DNA of 64,000 nucleotides from Mizuhopecten yessoensis (taxonomy: Eukaryota): contig NW_018480040.1 of the NCBI RefSeq assembly GCF_002113885.1, forward strand, positions 186,001 through 250,000. Reading direction: 5' to 3'. A program made the translations under genes and the position numbers. This document shows, one piece after another, positions 51,800 through 64,000 of the stretch. Each line of letters starts with the position of its first letter. Positions within the stretch are counted from its first letter, which is position 1. The notes beneath the pieces are model-generated. The model was not told where the DNA came from and did not search any database. It saw only the letters and a program-made list of their open reading frames with translations.

Positions 51800-54700
51800 T
51801 CATTTCCGATTGTTACAATGGAGACATCTCTGTGCATACAGGACTAAACGGATGACATCAGGGACGACAACCACCACTGTCATTATGGCTAAGATGGCCG
51901 CCGCGACGTAACCCATTGTCATACTACTTGGCCGAGAGTCATACTCGCTGTTAAATTTTCGTTTATACGTTGACGTGGATTTTTTTGAGACTGTAAGCTG
52001 AGCTTGTAATTCAGACAGTATTTCCTGTTGTTGTGCCGTCGTCAGATTCGTTGAAAAGATCCAGCTGGTTTTATTACAATGACAGATACAGGAATTATTC
52101 ACAATTTCAACCGACTGTGTTGTGGCCAAGACCGTGCTTTCCGTAGTAGTCTGATAATCTGAAGTAAAAAACAAATGTTTCAAACCGTGACTCGATTTGT
52201 TTATGCATAGATGTAGATAAGCACAACATACCAATTCACAGCAACGTATTAATGCATCGAGCACTAATTAGTAATTAATCAATTCTCAAACGGATCGTCG
52301 TTCTCATGTGCCATGATTTTAATATCTGTCTAGGATTTTTGCGCCAATATGTAGTACACATAGTTGAAAATATACGATTTTTGCTCAAACTGTTTGTTGG
52401 CTTAACCTTGAATATAATCACTTTTTTTGCTTATTAAATAAACCGGAAAATAAGGTGCTTTTTTATAAAACTCTTTAAATTTTTAATTAAAAAAATAAAA
52501 AATAAAATCATTTTATCTGAGCGTGAAAGGAACATCTGATTCTTGCTGCTCGTTTCCAACAATTGCTCTATCGAGTGTTCTTTTTGTGTTTTCTATACAA
52601 TCTAGAAAACAGTTTGTTTTATGGGTGAAATTTGTAAAAAGAATTGAAGAAAATGTTATTTTCAATTTAGTTAAGATAAATACTGATGATTAAAAAAAAA
52701 ACATACAGTATGTAATATTTGACAGCCTTGTTGCAGTTCAATAATAAAACCTTTTTTTTTTTTTTTTGTAAAATATTAAGATGCCGCCAAACATCATAAC
52801 ACACAATACCGCTATTTAACATGGAAAAGAGGACATTAGAGAGGCCTATATTTTGTAAATCTGCCCTTGCAAAACATTATTTTTCCAAATCAAAAGCTTA
52901 CCTGTGCTGTAAACAGACATCTTCCAAGTTCCTCCACAAGTCTCGCTCTGGTTCCCACCACAGGCCCGGCTGCATGCGTCTTCTGTGGTTAACTGATTCA
53001 TATCAATGTCATTTCCACAAAAGCATTGCGTACTGTACTGCAACGAATAGAATATTCATAAACATTAAAAGAGTCGCAAGATTTTTTTATTTTTTTAATT
53101 CAATTTGTTCTTATCATATATATTCCTAACTCTTGATTAAATATACTGACAATTTACATACTTCAGTAAAATTAACTCCAAAGTTATCGATTGCTCCTAT
53201 CAGTCATTTTGAAGTGGATGGGCTGGGGGTCATTTAAAAGTGAATCTCATTAACGAAAGTTCCTGAAAACATATGAAAGTTCATTGGAACCTCGCTGTTA
53301 AACCCACAAAACAAATTAAAATTGATCGGTATTGTTTTCAATTGCGTATGTCTGTAAATAAAAGATATAAAAAAAATAGCAGGTTTCTTCAAGAATGATA
53401 CCTAGTTGTGGCATTTTCACAATAGATGGTATAACACTCACAGGGGTCCTAATGTGGGACGAAACTGTAGTATCCCTAGGAAAACCCAGTTAGTCTGAAA
53501 AGTGACGCCATACCTTAATGGCTTTCGTATGAGTGCCATTAATATTTCACAAGTATGGCAGAATACTGAGTATTGGTATAATTTGTCATACGATAGGATT
53601 TGTATGGTGTTCAAAGGAAAACCCTTAGAACGATTGGACTATTTTTTTTTATAATTTTGCAATGCATTATGCACGGACGACAAAATGACTGCATCGAAAA
53701 AGAGGAATAAATAGTAGCGTTATCTTTGGGACTATATTCTAACAACATCTAGCTTGACAATAAGGCTGTGCAATATTTCAATTGGTTGCTGAACGCAATC
53801 CTACATATACTTCTACCTAGACTACAGACTCAGAAGTTCAGCTAGAACAGGTCAGTGTTACAGTTAGATACAAACCTATGCTTTAGCGGTATACACACCA
53901 TCTCCTACCAGATAAAACATATGATTCTAATAAAAGATTTACTTTAAAAACCATTCGTTACCCTATAAACGGAAAGAAGTCGTTATTAATTTTTCAAGAA
54001 ACTATAACATGCTTACCTGTGTGCCGGCTAAAGTGTTGCCGTGCTGGAAACAATACTGAATGCACTTGTCTGTAGTAAGTTGAGAATCACTGTATTGGTT
54101 TTCTTTTAAAAGCCGTTCGGCAATGTCATTGAAGCAACCGATGTATGCTGAAAAAATGGCAGGAGAATCTCAATATACGTAATATATCGTAATATAAAAT
54201 TACAACAGCAGACACATCTAAATCCTTGTATAAAAGAAATGAACAGTCTACAACTTCTTCTACACTGTGCATTGGATAATAACCATTTATTTTTTTCAAA
54301 CAGGCTGTACACGCATAAAGCTGTTTCAAAATCTCTTCCGAAAATGAAATGTAAACAACCGAGCCAGGGACTTTTCGAGGGTACACGCATTTAATTGTGT
54401 TGGTATTTGAAGACTTGCTAGCAGTGTAACAAAAAAGTTGATCATTTATCTATAGATTTCCTTAAAGCAGTTACGTTCACGGTCAGAATGTTCCGCGGAA
54501 TTTACTACGAAGGTGACTTGTATAAGTGTTTTTTAAAACTGTCAAGTTCTGATTTCATGTGTTGACGAGCGATGTGAATAGATTGGCGGTTTAAATTGAA
54601 ATAGACATCGGGTATAAAGCGTGACGCCGGTGTTTAATTGTTTAATGTCTGAATGTCGAATAATGACGACCGAAGAAGTCTTTTCCAAATATATCCCGCT

Positions 54701-57700
54701 TGAATTAACAACATATAACAATTGCCGAAATAAAGACATATAGGCATCCGTGACAAATTTGGCACGCGCAGACGTGCAGTTAAATTAAATAATAACATTA
54801 TCAAGGTCACCTTGCTTATTATAAGAGTGTGGACACTGAGGTAAACGCGAAAAAGACTTTCGGTTTACCAGGTAGAATAGATATAATCAACATAAATATG
54901 TGTTTTTCCATTATGTGATCACCCTCGTTATATATTCCACCATAAAACTCGCACAAAAATGTTGATTTTTATGTTAGAAATTACGATTACTCGTGTGTCA
55001 TATACACAATTTTTAAGGATTCAAACGCATATTTTAAACTTCATTGAGGTATGCATCTAAGTTGATTATAAGCGCATGTTATAACACCTCACACGAGCGT
55101 GCCTTGATAAATATCTCTGCAGGGAAAATTAATGAATTTCTCCATTAAAGTTCCAAATATGCGCTTCAATACCCATATTTACATGTCACTAATAAATAAA
55201 AAGAAGAAAACTGGGAAATAAAAATTATCGTACATTTAGTATCTATTAAAAAAACGCACTGCAAAATCAACATTATGGAGCAAAAATTGAATGAAATTAA
55301 TATAAAATACCGTTAATTACATAAATTGAATGAAATTAATATAAAATACCATTGATTACAAAAATTAAATGAAATTAATATAAAATACCGTTAATTACAA
55401 AATTTGAATGAATTTAATATGAAAATACCGTTAATTACAAATATTGATTAAATTTCAGAAACACTCCTGCTAACTTCAATGCTTACTGAATAAAACAAAT
55501 AATTAATAAACTTTCAAAAAGTATGAATGCATACATGAAATAGCTCAATATCTGGTCATAAAGGTCTATATAGTACGATGATTTATCTCTAGAAATCATT
55601 ATGCTATTTAAACAAACGTCAAACATGAACATTTCAAGGGATGCGTTTCCAATAAAGCGAAATCAATAATAGGTACTGTATTAATAATTAAAATTCCATA
55701 GATATCAACCTGTTCCAAAAGTGGACCATTCTGGCTGAAATGAATGTAAATATTTTATAACACATTGATCATGAGCAGACAATTAACTGTAACAGGTTTA
55801 CAGAGACGTATTTGTTAAAAACAGGAGAAACTGTCACCAGGCCACAGTAGGATCTCTAATTATAGAATTTAGTAAAACTTTCTCGGTAGAACATAGAGTA
55901 AAATTATGCTGGTCTGAGGCCGGCCTGAACAGAACACACATTTTTGAGTTGGGTATTCCTTCAGAGATCTCAAAATAGAAATAACCTAGAAATATTTACA
56001 CGTAAATATAATTTACCTGTGTGTAATTGACTTTCAAGCAAGCGTAATGATTTTGCTAAAATTGGTGACACGCAACTCTTTCCTGGCCCACTGGACATGT
56101 TTTTGAACAGAATTATTGATTTTCGTGTTTGTTTCCTTTTCCTAACATACACGATAAAGGTTAATTCAGGCTCCTGTTTGTGGCTTTGTGCTATTGTTGA
56201 AGATAAGAAAATGTGCTCCGTAGTAAGATATCTTATTTTATTGTACAATTATCAAGTGTATACCCTATTTCTGCACATTAAAATAATAAATAGGTGCTGT
56301 AATCATCATAGTACATTTTGACGTATAGCATAAAATAACTGATTATGAAGCAGGTGAGGATATGGTTTGAGACAATTCGTCCCTCAATACTAATAGACTA
56401 ATGACATAGCATTTCTTTCTGGTTGTCGATTCTTGGCGAAATTTCAGAAACACTCCTGCTAACTACAATGCTTACTGAAATAAACAAAAAATTAATCAAC
56501 TTTCAAAAAGTATGAATGCATACATGAAATAGCTCAATATCTGGTCATAAAGGTCTATATAGTAAGATGATTTATCTCTAGAAATCATTATGCTATTTAA
56601 ACAAACGTCACACATGAACATTTCAATTGTAATGCTTTATGACTGAGCATGTAAACAATCAAACCTGAAGGAAATCATTTGCATGCACAAAATCACAAGG
56701 GACGCGTTTCCAATAAAGCGAAATTAATAATAGGTATTAATAATTAAAATTCGATAGATGTCAAAAAACCTGTTCCGAAAGTGAACCATCCTGGCTGAAA
56801 TGAATGTAAATAATTTATAACACATTGATCATGAGCAGACAATTAACTGTAACAGGTTTACAGAGAGGTATTTATTAAAAACAGGAGAAACTGTCACCAG
56901 GCCACAGTCGGATCTCGAATTATAGAATTTAGTAAAACTTTCTCGGTAGAACATAGAGTAAAATTATGCTGGTCTGAGGCCGGCCTGAACAGAACACACA
57001 TTTTTGAGTTGGGTATTCCTTCAGAGATCTCAAAATAGAAATAACCTAGAAATATTTACACGTAAATATAATTTACCTGTGTGTAATTGACTTTCAAGCA
57101 AGCGTAATGATTTTGCTAAAATTGGTGACACGCAACTCTGTCCTGGCCCACTAGACATGTTTTTGAACAGAATTATTGATTTTCGTGTTTGTTTCCTTTT
57201 CCCAACATATACGATAAAGGTTAATTCAGGCTCCTGTTTGTGGCTTTGTGCTATTGTTGAAGATAAGAAAATGTGCTCCGTAGTAAGATATCTTATTTTA
57301 TGATACAATTATCAAGTGTATACCCTATTTCTGCACATTAAAATAATAAATAGGTGCTGTAATCATCATAGTACATTTTGACGTATAGCATAAAATAACT
57401 GATTATGAAGCAGGTGAGGATATGGTTTGAGACAATTCGTCCGTCAATACTAATAGACTAATGACATAGCATTTCTTTCTGGTTGTCGATTCTTGGCGAA
57501 ATTTCAGAAACACTCCTGCTAACTACAATGCTTACTGAAATAAACAAATAATTAATCAACTTTCAAAAAGTATGAATGCATACATGAAATAGCTCAATAT
57601 TTGGTCATAAAGGTCTATATAGTAAGATGATTTATCTCTAGAAATCATTATACTATTTAAACAAACGTCACACATGAACATTTCAATTGTAATGCTTTAT

Positions 57701-60700
57701 GACTGAGCATGTAAACAATCAAACCTGAAGGAAATCATTTGCATGCACAAAATCACAACGGACGTGTTTCCAATAAAGCGAAATTAATAATAGGTATTAA
57801 TAATTAAAATTCGATAGATGTCAACCTGTTCCGAAAGTGAACCATCCAGGCTGAAATGAATGTAAATAATTTATAACACATTGATCATGAGCAGACAATT
57901 AATTGTAACAGGTTTACAGAGACGTATTTATTAAAAACAGGAGAAACTGTCACCAGTCCACAGTAGGATCTCTAATTATAGAATTTAGTAAAACTTTCTC
58001 GGTAGAACATAGAGTAAAATTATGCTGGTCTGAGGCCGGCCTGAACAGAACTCACATTTTTGAGTTAGGTATTCCTTCAGAGATCTCAAAATAGAAATAA
58101 CCTAGAAATATTTACACGTAAATATAATTTACCTGTGTGTAATTGACTTTCAAGCAAGCGTAATGATTTTGCTAAAATTGGTGACACGCAACTCTTTCCT
58201 GGCCCACTGGACATGTTTTTGAACAGATTTATTGATTTTCGTGTTTGTTTCCTTTTCCTAAGATACACGATAAAAGTTAATTCAGGCTCCTGTTTGTGGC
58301 TTTGTGCTTTTGTTGAAGATAAGAAAATGTGCTCCTTAGTAAGATATCTTATTTTATGGTATAATTATCAAGTGTATACCCTATTTCTGCACATTAAAAT
58401 AATAAATAGGTGCTGTAATCATCATAGTACATTTTGACGTTAGCATAAAATAACTGATTATAAAGCAGGTGAGAACATGGTTTAAGACAATTCGTCCCTC
58501 AATACTAATAGACTAAGGACATAGCATTTCTCTCTGGTTGTCGATTCTTGGCGAAAGTGAGACATGTCTTAACATATAAAATTGAACATCCTTGACATAT
58601 ATAAATTTCAATATTTTACAATTAATTATTGGAGTATATATTGTTACTTCATATTTATGAATTATTAGCTATTAAAACTATTTAAATGTATTTTTACGCA
58701 ATAGGACATCACGTATAGTTGTTTAATTTTGCATAGCTCATATTTAACGCGGTTTCGATTAGAACTATTTCAAAGGAATGAAATTTCGCGCTATCTTTTA
58801 TGACCGCGAATATAGCGAAATTAAATCAACTGCAAATATTACCATCTACACTTTAACATTTTATTTGAGATAAATTGAAATTTCCCTGATAATTACTAAA
58901 TATGAATGAAAAGGTGAAGGAAGTGAATCATTATAATATTTACTGGGTCCGAGGGTGGTCAGATGGTACAGTGGATATCGCACTCGCTTTTCATCAAGGC
59001 GAACGGAGTTCGATTCCCCGATAGGACGTTAAAAGGTTTATGGTCACCTGCCCGACCACGTGGGTTTTCACCAACAAGAGTGATTAATTTAAGTTGAAAT
59101 AACTTGTTTTATAATTGTTGTAAAATAAATAAAGTTTATAAAAAATAAAAAATAAATCTATTTCAACAATTCTATCAATTAAGTTAATCACCTTTGTAGC
59201 GAGCAGGGATCTACATGTGGGAGGGAAAAACACGTGGTGATCACATATCTTTTCACGTTCAATCGGGGAATCGAGCCCCGGTTGTCTTGGTGAAAGGCGG
59301 ATTAGCTATCCTATATAATATATATAAACTTTATTGATTTTACAACAATTATAAAACAGGTTATTTCATCTTATAATAATCACTCCTGTTGGCCCAGATG
59401 CTAGCGGGGGGTCTTAGTGTTGTAGGAAACCGGAGTACTCGGAGAAAACCCAAGTGCTCGAGCAGGTGACCCCATACCTGTTCACGTCCGATCGGGGAAT
59501 CGAACCCCGGCCGTCTCGGTGAAAGGCAAGTGTGCTTTCCACTGCGTCAACCGACCACCCAACTGAAATCATGTATGAGTAGAAACTATGTAAACCAAGT
59601 TATTGTTGCATATACCAGTACCGATTGTGCCTCGTTTAATCCTTTTAGGTTAATCTCCGCTAAAAAGTACCTTTAAAGACGAGCGTTTCAAAATGCAAAA
59701 AACAATTATCAGACAAGGCGATATCAAATAAAAAAAAATGGTCTGCTTAATGCAAATGTTTGTTATCAAGAAAAATATTCTTAATCAATTTTAATGCTCA
59801 CAGAACTACATATAAATAGCTATCATAATGAAATTATTTAAATCAATACTTAGTTTAAATGTAAGAATTTAGTAAACAATAAAACTACGGAGCACGTTTT
59901 CTAGTCCATACTAGAATCAAATTAATGGTTCCGGGTCGGTGTACACAAATGTAGTGCATTAAGGCTAGTTGTGAAACAAGTTTTCCTTTCTTTCATGTGA
60001 AAGAAATGAAACTATATGTTATACCGAAATGAAGCATGATCTTCTCTCCTTGAATTGAAGTGTTTGATTGTTTGTGGTGGATGTATTTTGGCGAAAAGAA
60101 AATGTATGCTGTTGGACCCTTAAACATAAATGTATCATAGGGTCGTATCATAGTTCAAACGGATTCTGTTTGCCGAATTAAATTATCTTGTGAAAATACC
60201 AATCAACAATAGTTATCGAATTCGCCACAAATGTGTTTGTATCTCCTATTCTATCACATCAGATCCGGAAATAGATGTATCCCCTTTCGTAGTGTATCGA
60301 GAATATTTCAATGGCCGCCCCTGCAGGACGGGGATTGAGGAAGGAGTAGAACTGTTGTTACCCACTGCATGATGTAAGAGAAAACTAAAGCAGAAACTCC
60401 AATTCAGGATTGGGAATTTCCATTTGCTCACTGTACTTTGGGGCACAAAATAGCCAAAATAAGTCAGTGGCACTGCAGACATTTTGAATGTTCTCTCTAC
60501 TTCCTACTAAACTTTTGTTTAGCACCGCCTGTCTTAGCAACGTCTCAATGTTGGCATTAGAGATTTATCCTTTTAATGTTACATAAGGGATATAAATCAG
60601 GTGTTAAGATTACTTTGCCTCTGAGGAGCTAATCTAAGGGAGGCTGGTGCGGGTTTTTCGATGCTGACAGTTAAATTAATATCTCGGGCAGGTAAATATT

Positions 60701-63190
60701 CACTATTTTCGAGGAAAAGGTGACAAATTCGCAACACGGCTCTCACGAGTAACAACAAAACAGAACATCCTTGGTTGCTATGATCACAGGAACCGGTCAC
60801 AATTCGTGGTTTTACCAATGTAATATATAAGATTATATAGCAATCAATAGGGAAAATAATAATTATGTTGTTGACCATACCACAATGAACTTTTACGCAT
60901 TTTACCTGTCTGTAAGTCACGAATATAGCAAACGCCTAGAAAGCCATTTCCGCCCAATGCGAATCCGTGTCCCAAGACTCGCTATGGAGATCAATACAAA
61001 ATACTGCCAAGCGTGCTTATATGTGGCCTGCTTAGCTGCCAGTATTACAATTATTTTTCTATTTTCTTGAAAATGTACTCAAATTTAATTAGTACTCTTG
61101 TATTTAACTAAAATGTGAATTTTGACTTGCTAAAGTTAGCACACACGCCAATTCACAGCGTGTGTAACATAGCTCGTAGAACCCACTACACTGTGTGGGT
61201 CCAGAGAGGTAGAGATACGGCCAAACAGCGAGCGGGGCATCGGTGTTTTACAGACACATTTCTTCAGTTTTGAAAAATATTGTTAAATTGTATAACAGTT
61301 TTGATGCAATGTCGCTTGTTTCCGAGACCAGACAACAGGATTCAGCAGTTTCCAGCACTTCAGTCATATGCCCAGAGAACTACGTGGCCATTGGCCTCTT
61401 GTTATAGATCCCTGAGGTATACGAGTGTATGTTCACGATATCGGTTCGACAAATTGACCCAGACATTTGGTACAAAAAAAGAACATTGCATGTATTGTTC
61501 TGCATTGAAAGTAGTGATATTCCCTGATTGTTATTTCTGTGTGTAAACGGTAGCGTAGCCGTATTTGCAAAACATTTGAAATAGGATAGATCTTTTTACT
61601 GTAAAATATGTTCAAGTACTCAAACTTTAAATGAATAAATAAGATAAAATAAATAGATACTCATTACATTTTGGTTTACCATACAATTTCATCTCAATCC
61701 CAGGTCGACTTTATTTATCTACTATACATAGTTGTGTATTCATTCTTAGCTCTGGAGTATTTGAGGAATTTCGGATAAACGGTCAATTTTACATAAAAAC
61801 ACATAGAAAAAACATACGCAAATGGAATACATTGTGCACAGCTACATGTATGATCAATCTTCAGGAAATTGGAGCTGGAAGTATTTATTAATGGGATAAA
61901 GATATATTAGTTGGTTATGCTTAATTACATAAAATATATATTGTTTAGTGATCCGATTTAAAAACGCATATTGTAGTGAGGATAAACCTTCAAATGCGGT
62001 CGCCCCCTTTTAAAATTATTTTTTTTACGCTTGGTATAAATATCATAATTGTGTGATATTATGAGATAGGTGTTGGTCTAGTTTTGACGACTAGATTGGT
62101 GGACGAATTTCATATACTTATCAAATACCATTAATACAATCATTTTAAAAACAGTTACATGATGTAATATTTTTGTTTTCAAAATGCTTTTTGCGCGCAA
62201 CCAAGTAATACGAAACAAGCGCATATGTGTTAAAACAAGGCTTTTTTTGTTTTTTGTTTTATATATTTGCACATGCATTTGAGTGGTTGAGGTATATCAT
62301 TGAGTAACAAAACGATTTGATACAACTTTATACATCGACCGTCCTCTTAGCAGTGACTTAATACGTCATTTGCACTTCGTCCGTATTACCTATACCGCAT
62401 TTGTGTTATTTTTAGTTCTGTTGTTTTCTCTCGACAAACAAAATTAATATTTAGTCTGACCATACGGAGATCAATACATCATTTACATATAGATCTGCCT
62501 CTTTATCATAAGTGTGATTGCCACATATTTACCGGTGGGTCATCTGTCTGAAAAGGCTACCAGATAATACTGGTGCAGTAAGCAGAACACAAATACTGTA
62601 CAAAAACAGTTTGCCAGTGGAAACGAAACATACGGGCAATATGAACAAAAATTACATTTAAACGTATACAACTTCGATTGGTAACGCCAACAGGAGGTGT
62701 TGATCTGAAAGAATTTGCAAACGTCATTTGGGAAGTCGATTTGGTAAGTTCTCTTGTCCACAGCATATCACTCGTGAGGTTTTTATTCCAATGCATATAC
62801 ACTATATAGTTTTATGAGCAAAAGCAATCTACTTTCGAACGAAAACATTTTTCATCCAATAATCGTACGAATTTTTTTAAATCATGCATCAAAATGTCTC
62901 TAGATTATTCGACTCCCTTTTAATTATTTACTGTAAAATATCAATTATAAGTCAAATAGAACAAGTAACTGGAACGTTTATTACTGACAAAAACGTATGA
63001 CCGTTCCTACCCCATACGTGATGTACATTGATCTAAACTTGTTCTCCGTATTTCAACGTATTTATTACAGAAACAAGGAGTACCGATTAAGACAATAAAT
63101 AATTTGTAATTTTATCAATAAAATAAACTCACCTCCTTCTACAAAATCCACAAGCACAAGTAAAACGAGTGGAGCATGTAATATCGCCAT
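51800..63190 (-). CDS. WSC-domain type I membrane protein (~227 aa); exons 63190-63133, 54147-54017, 53037-52902, 52158-51800
   Basis: Signal peptide MAILHAPLVLLVLVDFVEG, then WSC domain YIGCFND...CIQYC...AGTQ|YSTQCFCG...CSRACGG...CGG...YST, a Thr-rich stalk, CICHC and a TM helix. All splice phases are compatible. The link to exon 1 across the 9-kb intron is inferred. Confidence 0.8.
55284..55450. repeat. ~39-bp AT-rich minisatellite, ~4 copies
   Basis: Unit aaaattgaatgaaattaatataaaataccgttaattac. Confidence 0.85.
55450..58556. repeat. Tandem triplication of a ~1.06-kb unit (55450-56438, 56439-57498, 57499-58556)
   Basis: Each unit starts aaatttcagaaacactcctgctaac and ends gattcttggcg. Copies are nearly identical; copy 1 lacks about 70 bp. 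Confidence 0.95.
58947..59140 (+). mobile_element. V-domain tRNA SINE (internally deleted)
   Basis: tRNA head with AGTTCGATTCCC, then ggtcacctgcccgaccacgtgggttttc and an AT-rich tail. Confidence 0.7.
59325..59560 (-). mobile_element. V-domain tRNA SINE (full length)
   Basis: Minus strand shows a GGTTCGATTCCC B box and the V-SINE core GGGTTTTCTCCGAGTACTCCGGTTTCC. Confidence 0.78.
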
Positions 63191-63397
63191 TTCACACAGA
63201 CCGAACAGCACCGGATAGCTTACATTTGTACCACGTGGTGTTGGACATCTCATCTCTGTTATATGCCTGGAATCGATTAAAACTATCTGTTGTTGTTCTT
63301 TTCTTTCCGTTTAATATATTGTATATGTCTCACTAGCAGCACTATGACTATGCCAGTTATTATACTGTCTGCATGCAAAACCAGATTGGTGACTTTA

Positions 63398-63862
63398 ATC
63401 GATAATCAGATGTTAAGGACCACCAACAAGCTTTCCCAAAATAAAAATAAAATACACAGAGATACAACCTGGAAGATGGATCGTTGCCATATTTCTCCGT
63501 TTACAACTGTAAAGCCTATAACATTGATATTAGTAATTGTGCACAAGCTTGAATGATAAATTTAAACGATAATCACATGTTAAGGTCCATCAGCAAACTT
63601 TCTTAGAATGAAAAAAAACACAAAGATATCACCTGGTAAACAGGAAGAGGATCTCGCCGTATTTCTCCGTTTACAACTGTAAAGCCTATGATAATAATGA
63701 TTTACTGATATGGCTTTGTATACAAGCTTGAATTATTTATTTTATCGATAATCATATGTTACGGACCACCAGAAGGCTTTTCAAGAGAAACAAGACATGT
63801 TTTCTACACAATGATATCCCAGATTAACAGGAAATGGATCGTCGCCATATCTGTCTGTTATC
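63398..63862. repeat. Diverged tandem repeat, ~170-bp unit, ~3 copies, upstream of the WSC gene start
   Basis: cgataatca.atgtta.gg.cca recurs at about 63400, 63567 and 63745; atttctccgtttacaactgtaaagcctat occurs twice. Confidence 0.75.
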
Positions 63863-64000
63863 TAAAGAGTTGCCAACCATCTGATTAAAAGTAATTGTTT
63901 GTCAGCACACTAAATGGTGTAATATTGTAAAAATATCTTACACTAGCACTTAGTATGATACCTTGTTTAAATGACTGTGCGTTTAATGGTATTTGAATTA

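Noticed and set aside
60240-60490. Transposase relic on the minus strand
   Set aside because: Only vague motif resemblance across frameshifts; unsupported without BLASTx.

Overview
AT-rich, intron-containing animal DNA; the repeat landscape suggests a bivalve mollusc, which is an inference. The main content is a tandem array of six paralogous two-coding-exon genes (10.5-40.9 kb) encoding double-hotdog thioesterases. They keep the D-x-N-x-H...E catalytic signature of plant/bacterial acyl-ACP thioesterases (FatA/FatB type). The five minus-strand copies descend from a protein ending in the peroxisomal signal -SKL: two copies keep it, two lost it through independent lesions, and one copy is a pseudogene. 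The sixth copy is divergent and head-to-head on the plus strand. Also present are a small three-exon His/Met-rich BRICHOS-like gene that the ORF track misses (3.7-6.1 kb), a full-length decaying CR1/L2-type LINE with a 2A-like peptide nested inside a MITE (42.0-49.1 kb), and a four-exon WSC-domain type I membrane protein gene (51.8-63.2 kb). The rest is SINEs, MITEs, long palindromes and minisatellites. Exon models were built by hand from splice sites, phase and paralog alignment; no database search was possible.
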